The notes beneath the pieces were generated by a model. The model did no database searches and was not told where the DNA came from. It worked only from the letters and a program-made list of their open reading frames with translations. From contig CAVTUQ010000003.1 of the NCBI GenBank assembly GCA_963737905.1, forward strand, positions 38,485 to 102,484: DNA of 64,000 nt, in the 5' to 3' direction. The position numbers and the translations under genes were made by a program. Below are positions 1 through 11,087 of this stretch, in pieces. The stretch's first letter is position 1, and each line of letters begins with the position of its first letter. The stretch is from an uncultured delta proteobacterium (GTDB taxonomy: Bacteria; Desulfobacterota; Binatia; UBA9968).

Positions 1-1386
1 CTGGTGAATAACGCCTATGACGCCGATGCCACTGAAGTCAAAGTAACGGTCACGGCGGAATCCGTGTCAGTGGAAGACAACGGGACCGGGATGGATCTGG
101 AAGGACTCCAACAGTACTTCGTAATCGGCTCCCAAGAAAAACTCCTGCGCCCCAAGTCGCCGGTTTTCAAGCGCGACCGCATCGGCCAATTCGGTATTGG
201 CAAGTTCGCCACCCTTTCTGCATGCCAACGCTTTACGGTTTTCACTCAAAAAGAAAATTTTGCCGCTCGGGTGGTTTTCGACAAAGAAGCATGGTCACAG
301 GAGGTAGGTGAATGGCGGCTTCCCTTGGAGATTTTGCCGCCTGATCCTCAAAGGGCCAATGGCACAACCGTCACTCTGCAGGGCTTGACCAAACAATTTC
401 TGCCTGAGGACGTGGAACGAAAGATCGTCGAAGGAGTTCCGTTGAAAGCGCCTCACTTCGCGGTGTTTCTCAACCAGAAACCGGTTATGCCCAAGAGTTT
501 TTCCGGCCATCGTGTTCCGTTTCTGGAGGGAACCGAGTTTGGGCCGGTTTCAGGCGAGATCATCATTCTACCCGCCTCCGCTTCTGCCCTTGACGAGCTT
601 GGGATCGAAGTCAAAGTAAAGCAAGTCACGGTCCGGCGGGAGCTATTCGGCGCGGAAACCTGGGGCAAAGTCGCCGCGAGAATTCGCGGCGAAATCCATG
701 CCGACTTTTTGCCGATCACCAGCGACCGCTCGGGCTTTATTATCGACTCCCCCGAGTACCAGGCCTTCGTGCAAATCATGCAACGCGTGATGAACGAGGT
801 TCATTCCGTGCTGATCCGTCTCATGGGGAAGGGAGAGAAACGGGCGGCATCGCGCGCCCTAGGCGAGGCGCTCGAACGCATCAGCAAGTCGCTATTTAGA
901 AATCCCGATTTTTCTCCCTTTGGACCCATCCCCATCGGCGAGCCCGGCGGAATCGGCGGCGCGGCGGCAACGAAATCTTTGGAGTCGACTGAACCGACAC
1001 ATGAGGGGAAACCCGTTGGGATGAATCGAACCGCCCAAAAACTCGCTCGTAAGAAACGGCCAACCGCAAAGCGCCTGACTCCGGATGCGGTGGTACGCCG
1101 GCTTAAAATGGGTCAGGCGGGGATCTCCTGCTGTTTAGATCATTTCGGCGAGACCGGTCCGGAGTCGTTCAGCGAGGGAACGACCGTGTATATCAACCGC
1201 GATCATCCCCTGTACAAACGGGAAGCCAAGAAGGCTGAAGCGCACACCATGCACATCGCGCGGCTTCTCTCCCAAGAGATCGCGCTCATGAAAGACCCGC
1301 GAAACCCCCGCCAAGCCTTCGAGCGCCAATCGAAGCTGCTACGCGATGCGTTTAGGTTCCTGCGCGACGCATTCATCGAAGACTAG
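1..1386 (+). CDS. GHKL-type (HATPase_c_3, Hsp90/MORC-like) ATP-binding protein, 5'-truncated by window edge
   Basis: Bergerat-fold motifs LVNNAYDADA, EDNGTGM, IGQFGIGKFA, NGTTVTL; reading frame open from base 1. Confidence 0.8.
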   Translation: MVNNAYDADATEVKVTVTAESVSVEDNGTGMDLEGLQQYFVIGSQEKLLRPKSPVFKRDRIGQFGIGKFATLSACQRFTVFTQKENFAARVVFDKEAWSQEVGEWRLPLEILPPDPQRANGTTVTLQGLTKQFLPEDVERKIVEGVPLKAPHFAVFLNQKPVMPKSFSGHRVPFLEGTEFGPVSGEIIILPASASALDELGIEVKVKQVTVRRELFGAETWGKVAARIRGEIHADFLPITSDRSGFIIDSPEYQAFVQIMQRVMNEVHSVLIRLMGKGEKRAASRALGEALERISKSLFRNPDFSPFGPIPIGEPGGIGGAAATKSLESTEPTHEGKPVGMNRTAQKLARKKRPTAKRLTPDAVVRRLKMGQAGISCCLDHFGETGPESFSEGTTVYINRDHPLYKREAKKAEAHTMHIARLLSQEIALMKDPRNPRQAFERQSKLLRDAFRFLRDAFIED

Positions 1387-1389
1387 ACT

Positions 1390-1515
1390 CAGGCCGGCGA
1401 AAAAACCTCATATGCTTCGTTGCCCTCGACCGATTTCGCATCAACGTACAAGAAAAGTACGCCTCCGCTCATCGATCTTCGCGCGCCTCGCCTCTGAGCA
1501 TTTTTGACCGGCCTG
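1390..1515. mobile_element. 126-bp MITE-like element between convergent genes
   Basis: Imperfect terminal inverted repeats caggccggcgaaaaaacctcatatgc / gcctctgagcatttttgaccggcctg; internal hairpin cgtac-aagaaaa-gtacg; no transposase. Confidence 0.6.
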
Positions 1516-2923
1516 CGAATGCGATTTTAATTGCTCTAATGGTAGCCTGCTGCTTGACAAGCGGGGATGTCTTTGAAGCGTTACTCGCAATCCCGAGCGA
1601 TTTGAGCAGTCGCAGAAAATATTTTTCGTGGAGACCCAGCGCCCTGGCTGCTGCGGCGCGGTTTCCTTGAGTTTGGGTCAGCGCTCGCATGACCAACTGT
1701 CTCCGATAAGCATCCATAGCGTCACGATATGAAATACCGTCGGACTGGGGCTCCGACTGGGCCGCAACGATTCTGGCTGGCAGATCGTGGGGAGCAATCT
1801 CCGGACCTTGACCTAGAACGACAGCGCGTTCTATGACATTCGCCAGCTCGCGAACATTTCCTGGCCAATCATAAGCGGCTAGTTTGCCCAGCGCCTCTTC
1901 GCTGATCTCATAGAGATTCTTTTTTACTTCTTTAGCAAACCGTTCCAGGAAGTGGCGCGCCAGAGCGGGAATATCTTCTCTTCTTTCCTTCAAAGGAGGA
2001 AGCGTAATCGGCACCACATTCAGACGATGGAAAAGATCTTCTCGAAAGCGTTTCTCCTTGACCGCGAGATCCAGGTCACGATTCGTCGCGGCAACGATTC
2101 TCACATCAACGTGAATCGGTCTGACACCCCCGACCCGGTCGAATTCGCGCTCCTGAAGAAATCTTAACAGTTTGGTTTGGAGTTCCTGGGAGACGTCGCC
2201 TATCTCGTCGAGAAAAACGGTTCCGCCATTCGCCAACTCCATCTTCCCCTTTTTGAGTTGGTCCGCTCCGGTGAATGACCCCTTTTCATGGCCGAAAAGT
2301 TCGCTCTCCAGAAGTTCCCTGGATAACCCGACGCAGTTAATAGCAACGAATGGCTGGCTCTTTCTTTCACTCCAATTATGGATGACGCGGGCGAAAATCT
2401 CCTTGCCGGTGCCGCTTTCTCCCAGCAGCAAAATAGTAGCCTTGCTCGTCGCTGCTTTTCTAGCCGTCTCGACTGCGTCCTTCATGTTTTCGCTTTTGCC
2501 AACAACCAAATGATAGCGCTTGCCCGCGTCTTCAGAGAAAAGTGCCAGTTCCCTTTTTAGCCCTTCCCTCTCCAGTGCTTTACGAACCACAATATCGAAA
2601 TGATTCGCGTCGACAGGCTTCGTGATGAAGTCATGGGCGCCTTCCTTCATCGCCTCAACCGCAGTCTCTATAGAGCCATGGGCGGTAATGACTATAACCG
2701 GAACATTGATTTCTTCCTTGCGTAGTGCGCGGAGCACCTCGATCCCACCCACTTTGGGCATTTGCAAATCCAGCAACACCAGATCCGGCATGTCCTTCCG
2801 GAGTGCGGTGAGAGCCTGCTCGCCGTTACCGGCTGTCGCCACGTCGCATTCCAGCGGCCGAAGCCTTACCTCTAAGAGACGCCGTGAAGCAGGATCGTCG
2901 TCGACCACGAGAACTCTGTTCAT
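1469..2923 (-). CDS. Sigma-54-dependent NtrC-family response regulator (REC-AAA+-Fis HTH)
   Basis: VVDDD/LLDLQMP receiver, GESGTGKE, ESELFGHEKGSFTGA, WPGNVREL, GNRAAAARALG; the last ~38 aa are probably read-through of an indel near 1585 (att gc gag taa). Confidence 0.93.
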   Translation of the reverse strand: MNRVLVVDDDPASRRLLEVRLRPLECDVATAGNGEQALTALRKDMPDLVLLDLQMPKVGGIEVLRALRKEEINVPVIVITAHGSIETAVEAMKEGAHDFITKPVDANHFDIVVRKALEREGLKRELALFSEDAGKRYHLVVGKSENMKDAVETARKAATSKATILLLGESGTGKEIFARVIHNWSERKSQPFVAINCVGLSRELLESELFGHEKGSFTGADQLKKGKMELANGGTVFLDEIGDVSQELQTKLLRFLQEREFDRVGGVRPIHVDVRIVAATNRDLDLAVKEKRFREDLFHRLNVVPITLPPLKERREDIPALARHFLERFAKEVKKNLYEISEEALGKLAAYDWPGNVRELANVIERAVVLGQGPEIAPHDLPARIVAAQSEPQSDGISYRDAMDAYRRQLVMRALTQTQGNRAAAARALGLHEKYFLRLLKSLGIASNASKTSPLVKQQATIRAIKIAFAGRSKMLRGEAREDR

Positions 2924-2967
2924 CTATGAAAACTTCGGTTGCTGCTGTTGGATTTTGATTTATTGGC

Positions 2968-3051
2968 TCACCACGAAGAGCACTAAGGACACGAAGGTTA
3001 TATTCATTTTACACTTATGAACTTCGTGCTCGTCGCGATTTTCATAATGAA
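2968..3051. repeat. 9-nt-period inverted repeat (REP-like hairpin)
   Basis: cacgaagag-cactaagga-cacgaagg ... cttcgtg-ctcgtcgcg. Confidence 0.6.
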
Positions 3052-3061
3052 ATTTCTGTTT

Positions 3062-3151
3062 CTATTTTGGCTTGCGTGCAGCCGTACTGTGTCCTTTGCG
3101 CTGGATCTGTAGATACTGCTTGATCAGCGCGCTGGTGTCAAAGTAGCGCAC
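3062..3151 (-). pseudogene. vapC: N-terminal remnant of a PIN/VapC toxin
   Basis: GTG start overlapping the antitoxin end; MRYFDTSALIKQYL matches the PIN start motif, then runs into a repeat and stops after 29 aa. Confidence 0.7.
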
Positions 3152-3422
3152 CGCGATCCTCCAACACCGCCTCAGCAATCCGCGCATTTCGGATCTTAAG
3201 CGCACGCTTAACCGGCCTTGGTTTACGCTTCGATGGCCGAAGCAGTCCCTTTTCCGCTAAAGAATTTAGCACTTTGTCAATTTCCTTGCCCTGCGGTCGA
3301 ATCGGGATCATTTTCGCGACAGGCCTATTGCGCACCGTAACCGTGAGGCTATCCCCCGCCTCTACCGCGCGCAGGTAACGGGCTAGCTGAGTCTTCAGTT
3401 GGCGCATTCCTGCATATTTCAT
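3138..3422 (-). CDS. Phd/YefM-family antitoxin
   Basis: GMRQLKTQLARYLRAVEAGDSLTVTVRNRPVAKMIP. Confidence 0.88.
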   Translation of the reverse strand: MKYAGMRQLKTQLARYLRAVEAGDSLTVTVRNRPVAKMIPIRPQGKEIDKVLNSLAEKGLLRPSKRKPRPVKRALKIRNARIAEAVLEDRGALL

Positions 3423-3484
3423 TGTGGTCACATTCTCGAATATTGTAGTCTGAAGCTCAACAACCGTCAGTTGTATTCCGTCCT

Positions 3485-3880
3485 TTATCCTCGATTGTCC
3501 ATCTTCGATTTATCACCGAGGCGCGCGGCTATTTCCTGGATGAATATATTTTTGTCGATGGGCTTGGTGACATAGCCGGCACAGCCGGCGGCCAGCGCTT
3601 TCTCCCGATCTCCCTTCATCGCGTAGGAGGTCACGGCTATGACCGGAATATCAGCCGTGGCCGGCTGCTCCTTTAGTTTCCGGGTAGCCTCCAGTCCATC
3701 CATTCCTGGGAGCTGGATATCCATCACAATCAGATCGGGCCGCTCTTTTTCAAGCATCTCCAACGCCTCCAGCGCCGTAGTCGCCTCACGCACCTCGTAC
3801 CCATGCGCCCGAAGCAGAAACACCGCCAGACGCCGATTCACCGGATTATCTTCAACAAGAAGAATATTTTTTCCATACAT
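3485..3880 (-). CDS. Single-domain response regulator (CheY/DivK-like)
   Basis: ILLVEDN, IVMDIQLPGMDG, AVTSYAM, YVTKP. Confidence 0.93.
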   Translation of the reverse strand: MYGKNILLVEDNPVNRRLAVFLLRAHGYEVREATTALEALEMLEKERPDLIVMDIQLPGMDGLEATRKLKEQPATADIPVIAVTSYAMKGDREKALAAGCAGYVTKPIDKNIFIQEIAARLGDKSKMDNRG

Positions 3881-3896
3881 AACGATTCTCTATTTT

Positions 3897-4200
3897 AACC
3901 ACAGAGACGCAGAGTTCGCAGAGATCGGAGAATTTTTTACCAAGAACTCTTTACTCAGTGTCCTCCGCGTCTCCGCGGTGAATTATTGGTTTTTCATTTG
4001 GATTTGTTTCGAATTTCGGATTTCGATATTCGAATTTGTAATTTTGTTTATCCTTAGCGCCTTTGCGTCTTTGCGGTAAATATCTGTTGTCCGGATTCGG
4101 ATTTTCTCCCGCCAAGTCGCCAAGACGCGAAGTTTTGGAATCAATTCCATATCCCGCGAAATTCATTTCTTACCTTGGCGCCTTTGCGTCTTTGCGGGAG
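3897..4200. repeat. Cluster of periodic palindromic repeats
   Basis: ~86-bp hairpin aaccacagagacgcagag...ctccgcgtctccgcggtgaa (3897-3982); 7-mer array ttcgaat-ttcggat-ttcgata-ttcgaat (~4008-4036); 9-mer hairpin ctcccgccaagtcgccaag...cttggcgcctttgcgtctttgcgggag. Confidence 0.75.
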
Positions 4201-4207
4201 AATATCC

Positions 4208-7200
4208 CTATCCCATTGGGATCGTAAAGAAAAACCTGCTTCCCTTTCCTACTTCGCTCTCAACCCAAATTTTGCCGCCGTGCATCTCCACAAACTTCCT
4301 TGCCAGCGCAAGCCCCAGGCCGGTGCCTTGAGGTTTGCCCGCATCGCTGCCCGCTTGCTGAAATTCGAGGAAGATCCTTTCTTGGTCTTCTGGCGCGATT
4401 CCCGGGCCGGTATCGCCGACCTCGACGCGCACGACTCCGTCCTCAGAGTCCGCCCGCACCCAGATCCGTCCCCCCTCCGGTGTGAACTTAACGGCGTTTC
4501 CCACCAGATTCAAAAGCACCTGCTTGACTCGAGCGCCGTCCATTGGAAATGGCTCAGGCAACTCTCCGCTCTCGACATGAAGATTGATCGTCTTTCTTCA
4601 CTGCCAGCGACCGCATGGTGTTCTGAACCGACTCCAGAATATCCTCAGCAACACCGGCTCGATTTGCAGCTCCATCTTTCCGGCCTCGATCTTTGCCAGA
4701 TCAAGGATTTCATTGATCAGGCCGAGTAGATGCCTGCCGCTGCTCAAGACATCCGTCAGGAATTGTGATTGTTCTTCCTCGGTAACCTTCAATGAGGGAT
4801 CCAACAGGACCTCGGAGAAACCGATGATCGCGTTAAGGGGCGTGCGCAGTTCGTGCGACATATTGGCGAGAAACTCCGACTTGTGCCGATTGGCCGCCTC
4901 GATCTGCCGGCCCTTGTCCTCGATCTCGCTGAACAGTCGCGCATTCTCGATCGCCACTTTGGACTGGCTGGCCAGCGCGGTGAGAAGGTTGACCACGCGG
5001 TCGTCAAACTGACCCGGCGATCGGCGCAGAAAGACGATTCCGCGCGTCGGTACTGATCGCCTCGTCATCGGAACCGTCAGCAACGATCGGAACCCCGCCT
5101 CTAGAGCAAATTCACGGAAAGGATGGTCATATGCGTACTGCCATGTCCGGGACTTGGATCGGCTGCCCGCTTTCGGCGGCCTGGCCGATCGTCGTTTTGC
5201 CTAGATCAATCGTCGTCTTATGGATTGCGTCGAGAAATGCGTTGCTCAGATTATGGCTGGCGACGACATCGAAGGCTTGACGGGTCGAGTTAAACTCAAA
5301 GACCCCGCAGCCATCCGACTTCGAGAGATTCACCGCATAGCCGGCAACCGCGTCGAGTACATGCTGCAGATCCAGTGAAGAACTGACCGCCCGGCTGACC
5401 TCGCTGAGGGCGCGCACCTCCTCGAGAGAAATCTGAAGCTCCCGCGTGCGCTCCTGGATTTCTTGAAAAAGGCGAACGTTTTCGATCGCAATAACCGCCT
5501 GGTCGGCGAAAGTCTTGACCAGCGCCACTTGTTTATCACTAAACGGCCTCACTTCCCTCCGCCAAGTCGTGATGACGCCGATGAGTTTATCCTCCCGAAG
5601 CATGGGAACGGACAGAACCGTGCGTACGTTCTCTTTTTCGTAAAGCGCTCGCGGCTCGGGAGAAAAAGCCGGATCGGACAGCAAATCAGCTACGTGAATC
5701 GTCCGGCGTTCCAAAGCAGCCAAACGAGTGGTCGTCTCGCGGCTGGGGCTCGGCCGGATTTGTTCTAAATGCTCGGCAAACTCCTGCGTGGTTCCATGAC
5801 TCGCAGCCGTGCTGAGTAGTTCGCCGTCGTACAAGAAAAGTGCCGCGATATTTGCCTCGCACAAGCGCGTGGTGTTGGCAAGGATCGCTTGATACACCGG
5901 CTGCAATGCGACGGGCGAGTGCGCGATGACGTTGAGCACCTCGCTTGTTGCCGTTTGCTGCTCAAGAGCCTCGCTGAGGTCCCGGTTGCGTGTCTGTAGT
6001 TCCTGCAGCAAACGGACGTTCTCGATGGCGATCACTGCCTGGTCAGCGAAAGTCGTAACGAGTTCAATTTGCTTGTCAGTAAACGGCCGGACCTCCTCTC
6101 GCCACATTCCAATAATCCCAAGGGGCACTCCCTCCCTGAGCAGTGGAACCCCAAGCAATGTCCGGTACCCTGCCACCTTCTGGCTCTCTGCCCACTGATA
6201 CTCTGGATCAGCCAGGCAGTCCTCGATGTGAACCGTGCGGCGCTCAAGCAGGGTTCTTCCTAGAAGAGTGCCCCGACCAGGTGGGGGTGGGTTTCGCTCA
6301 TAGAAAGCTATCAACTCGGGCGATGCGCCCCAGGCGGCTGCGATGCGGAGCCGTTCTCCGTCTGGCCTAAAGATGAATCCCGTGACCGCATCGCAGAGCC
6401 TCGTGGCGTTCTCAACAAGCGTCTCAAGTACTGGCTGAAGATCGAAGGTTGAGCGGCTGATGACTTTCAGAACTTCGCTCGTGGCAGTCTGCTGCTCTAA
6501 GGCCTCGGTGAGGTCACGGTTACGTTCCTGCAGTTCCTTGAACAACCGCACGTTTTCGATAGCGATCACGGCCTGATCAGCGAAGGTCTTGAGAAGAGCG
6601 ATCTGCTTGTCAGTAAACGAACGGACTTCCGTTCGACGAATTACAATTACCCCGATTGCGACGCCCTCTCGAAGCAATGGCGTGGCAAGAATAGTTCGAC
6701 TGCCCGTAAGCTGCTGCGCCATTTTGGCCTCTGGGAACTCGGTTTCAACCTCTGCCGCAAGGTCATGCACGTGAATCGTCTGGCGGTCAACCATGGCCCG
6801 GCAGCCGGGTATGCCACGAGTAATCGGTAGCTCGTGAACTCTCGCCATCGGTCCGTATAAGGCCACATTGCGGACGATATCACCGTCAACACGAAGAATG
6901 TCCGCATCCTCGGCGTCGCACAACCGCGCCGCGCTCTCCGCGACCACATCCAACACAGGCTGAACATTAGTCGGCGAGCTGGCAATTACTTCTAGAATCT
7001 TGCTGGTAGCCTCTGCTGCTCTAGAGCTTCCGAAAGATCACGATTCCGGGATTGAAGTTCCTGAAGCAGCCGCACGTTCTCAATTGCGATCACCGCCTGA
7101 TCCGCGAAGGTCTTGAGCAGAGAGATTTGCTTCTCTGAGAATGGGCGGACCTCGGTGCGCCGGATCAGAATCACACCAATCGCAAGCCCTTCTCGTTCCA

Positions 7201-10200
7201 ACGGGGCAACCAGTATGGTTCGGACACCCTCCCGGTCGACGGCAACCTGAGCATCCGGGAACTCGGTTGCGTCAAGGGACGTCATATCCTCAATGTGGAT
7301 CAGTTCATTGTCGATGACCGCGCGGCCAGCAACCGAACCGCGACTAATCGCCAGCTCGGCGGCCATAAAAAACGGGATCGATCCTTTATGAGTCGTCAGA
7401 CGAAGAATATTGTTCTCCACGATTCGAATCGAAGCGTCGTCCGCGTTGCACACTCGGGCAGCGCTATCGGCGATGGCGTCCAACACCGGCTGGATATCCG
7501 TCGGTGAGCTTGCGATGACGCCTAAGATTTCGCTCGTCGCAGTTTGCTGTTCCAACGACTCCTTCAGCTCTTGGAACAGCCGCACGTTCTCGATGGCAAT
7601 CACCGCTTGGTCAGCGAAGGTTTCGAGAAGTTTGATCTGCGCCGGGGTGAAGGGACGCACCTCGATGCGACGCGCGGTCAGTCCTCCAATGAGTTCCTCC
7701 TGCTGACGAAGGGGAACAGCCAAGAAGGTGCGCCACCCGCTGACATTCAGCGGCGTGGGTTTGGTAGTGTCATTCTGTACGCTGACGTCGGGAATGTGGA
7801 GCGTGCCATGCTCGCGCATCCAGCGATACTGTGAATCATCCGCACTGATCTCGACACGGCCAATTGGTATGGGACCAAAATGCGCTCGCGAAACCATCGT
7901 GTTCCGATCGCGGAATCGCAGCACCACGTCATCAATCCCACAAACCCGGGCGGCGCTCTCGACGATGGCATCGAGCACCGGCTGCACGTCCGTGGGCGAG
8001 CGGCTGATGATGCTAAGCACCTCGGCCGTTGCCGTCTGATGCTCCAGCGCTTCGCGTAATTCTGCATTGCGCTCCTGCAGTTCTTTAAACAAGCGGACGT
8101 TCTCGATGGCGATCACGGCTTGATCGGCAAAGGTTTTGACCAATTCCATCTGTCGCTCGGTGAATGGCTCGACAAGGTCACGCCAAATCGAGATCGTTCC
8201 AATTGACGCTCCTTCTCTCAAAAGCGGGACGACCATCAGTGTACGCATACCCAGTTCACGGTTATGCGCCTGTAGCCCGTAGAACAAATGCACGTCTTGG
8301 GTCTCTGCCTGAGCGTCAAGTATATGTTGAGTTTTCCGTTCGACAAAAGCACGACCACTCAGGCTCTCTAAGCCTGGCCGAAGGGGTGTGTCTTGAATCT
8401 TTGCTATTTGTTCGGCGGTTTCGTTGTAATGAGCGACGACTCGAAGAAACTCGCCATCGTACTGCCGGATGTGGCCCTGCTTGGCGCCCGCGAGTGTTAC
8501 GGCATTCGCAATCACTGTATCGAGAACCGGCTGGAGTTCAGTAGGCGAGCTGGCGATGACACGGAGCACCTCGCTTGTCGCCGTCTGTTGCTCCAGCGCT
8601 TCGGTTAGATCGCGATTTCGGTTTTGGAGCTCTTGAAGCAAGCGCACGTTCTCAATCGCGATGACCGCCTGATCTGCGAAGGTTGTCACAAGCTCGATCT
8701 GTTTTTCGGTGAATGGGCACACTTCGTTCCTGTGGAGGACAAACACACCGACGAGAGCCCCGTCCCTAAGCATAGGCACTCCCAAATTCGTCCGAAAGCC
8801 TCCCCGCTTCTGAGCCTCCGTAAATTGATACTCCGGATCTGCCAGGACATCCGGGATATGCACCGTTCTCTGCTCAACGGCTACCCGCCCCAAGACGGTC
8901 CCTCGCCCAGGGCGGATCGTCTGGGTTTCAATGAATTCCTTGTAGTCGTCCGAGACGCCGTAGGCCGCAGCCATGTGGTATCCATCCCGTTCCGCGTTCA
9001 TGATGAACCCCTGATCGGCCGCGCATAACCTAGCCGCGTTCTCAAGAAGGGTTTCGAGAACAATCTGGAGATCAAACGCCGAGCGGCTGATCACCTTGAG
9101 CACTTCACTTGTGGCAGTCTGCTGTTCCAGGGCTTCGGTAAGATCGCGGTTGCGAGCTTGAAGTTCGTTGAACAGCCGCACGTTCTCGATCGCGATGGCT
9201 GCTTGGTCAGCGAAAGTCTGGAGAAGAGCAATTTGTTTCTCTGTAAAAGGTCGAACCTCCGTACGGCGTATATGAATTGCTCCGATCGCAATCCCTTGAC
9301 GAAGAAGAGGCGTAACGAGATCGGTCCGCACGTCGACGGATTGACTGATAGTCCGGGCTGCCGGAAATTCGGCTTGGGCTTCTGGACTTGATAGATCATG
9401 GATGTGGATGGTCTCGCGATCGATCATTGCTCTGCCCAGAGGTCCACGCCGGTTCATCGACCTAACTTCCTCGGCCCGGGCAATCGGGAGCGATCCATGC
9501 GACGCTGCGAGCCAAAACTTGTTGACATCCGCGCGCCAAATTGCCGCGTCGCTCGCTTCGCAAAGTCGCGCAGCATTTGCTGCGACAGTGTTCAACACCG
9601 GCTGGATATCCGTCGGTGACCTGGCGATGACGCCTAGTATTTCGCTCGTCGCGGTCTGCTGCTCTAAGGATTCCTTAAGTTCCTTGAACAAGCGCACGTT
9701 CTCGATCGCGATCACCGCTTGCGACGCAAAGGTCTCTAGCAACGCCACCTGCTTGTCAGTGAAGGGCTTCACTTCCGTACGTCGGATGGCGATCACCCCG
9801 ATGGCCGTCCCCTCCCGCAGCAGCGGCGTCACAAGAAAGGTTCGAATACCACGCCCTATGTGAGAGCTGTCCGGGAACCTCTCAGCCTCCGCCTGAAGGT
9901 CTGGAATGTGGATCGTCCTGCGCTGGAGCAAAGCCTCGTTGCCAACCGAGCGCGATCTCAAGCCTCTCTGGCCCGGTCCGCCAGGTGGTATTGTCCCGAA
10001 GTGCGCCGCCAGGAACATCTCATCACCTTCAAGCAGGCGAATCGTCGCGTCATCGGAACCGCACACCCGAGCCGCACTCTGGGCAATTGCATCCAGCACT
10101 GGTTGAATGTCCGTCGGCGATCTCGCGATCACCCCCAGTATTTCACTCGTCGCAGTTTGCTGTTCCAACGCCTCATTCAGCTCTTGGAACAACCGCACGT

Positions 10201-10808
10201 TCTCGATTGCGATGACCGCTTGATCGGCAAGTGTTTTAAGGAGGGCGATTTGGTTTTCACTAAAAGGACCAGGGTGTTCCCGACCTACTCCAACGGCGCC
10301 GATGGGGCGCCCGTTGTGGAGCAGCGGTACGGTTAAGAAGAGCCCGGGTCCGCGTGCTGTCTGCAACGTCCCGCCGGAATTCGCTGTCCTCATATGTGTC
10401 GGGGATGTGAACCACAGTCCCGTCGAGAATTGCGCGTTCGATCGCGAATTCCCTCGTTGGCGGCTTTGGAAACCGCCGCTGCATGAACTCATGCACTTCC
10501 TCCGCAATGTTGTATTGGGCAATAAGGTCAACCAGTTCTCCATCATACCGAACAACGCTGGCTCCCAAGCCCCCACACAGTCGAGCGGCGTTCTTGACGA
10601 TAGCGTCGAATACCGGCTGCAAATCAGTGGGCGAGCTAGCGAAAACGCGGAGGATCTCGCTGGTCGTGGTCTGTTGCTCTGTGGCTTCGGCGAGCTCACG
10701 CTCGCACGATTGAAGACGCTCGGTGACGCGCTGTAGTTTCTTTTTGAGTCGGCTCAATTCGGTCAGCTTGCGCACTCTTTTTATCTTTTTAGTTCCAAGG
10801 CGGGGCAT
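4208..10808 (-). CDS. Giant cytoplasmic sensor histidine kinase: 11 tandem GAF domains + HisKA + HATPase (~2200 aa), split by 5 apparent indels
   Basis: Repeating EQQTATSE...[13 protein letters not shown] units; H-box [13 protein letters not shown]; N-box [11 protein letters not shown]; DTGPGI; GTGLGL. Frame breaks near 10335, 7010, 5136, 4645 and 4593 can each be bridged by a short indel. Confidence 0.85.
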
Positions 10809-10864
10809 CTTGGATCTCCTAAGTCCTGTTTCGTGGGCTCCTCTGGGTTCAATGCGGAAGAATA

Positions 10865-11034
10865 TTCACCACAGAGACACCGCGCGGCAAAAGCTGCAAC
10901 CAAAGATTCGGAATATCTGCCGCAAAGCATGTCCTGAGCCAGGTCGAAGGGGCCGCAAAGAAAATTGTTATACGAACTTGGCGCTCTTCGCGTCTCTGCG
11001 GTGAGGATATCCGAGGCTCAGCGCCTCCGCAGTG
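10865..11034. repeat. Three-level nested palindromic repeat upstream of the kinase gene
   Basis: Outer ttcaccacagagacac...ctcagcgcctccgcagtg; middle tcggaatatc...ggatatccga; inner gtcctgagccaggtcgaagg. Confidence 0.65.
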
Positions 11035-11053
11035 CGTTTTCTTCTGGTTCAAG

Positions 11054-11083
11054 AACCTATTCGAGCACGAACTGAGGTGTCAA
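11054..11083 (-). promoter_or_regulatory. Possible sigma-70 promoter of the kinase operon
   Basis: TTGACA-18 nt-TAGGTT on the minus strand. Confidence 0.35.
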
Positions 11084-11087
11084 CAGT

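Noticed and set aside
3951-4166. Small ORFs over repeats (also 10849-11052, 20123-20395, 22573-22866, 22859-23236, 51090-51479, 58997-59209)
   Set aside because: They are translations of repeat arms (HRGDAEDTE, LSTLN, VQVVQSV patterns) or overlap the tRNA
4208-10808. Programmed ribosomal frameshifting or several separate kinase genes
   Set aside because: Breaks fall mid-motif in both directions with no consistent slippery sites, and fragments lack their own RBS or domain boundaries
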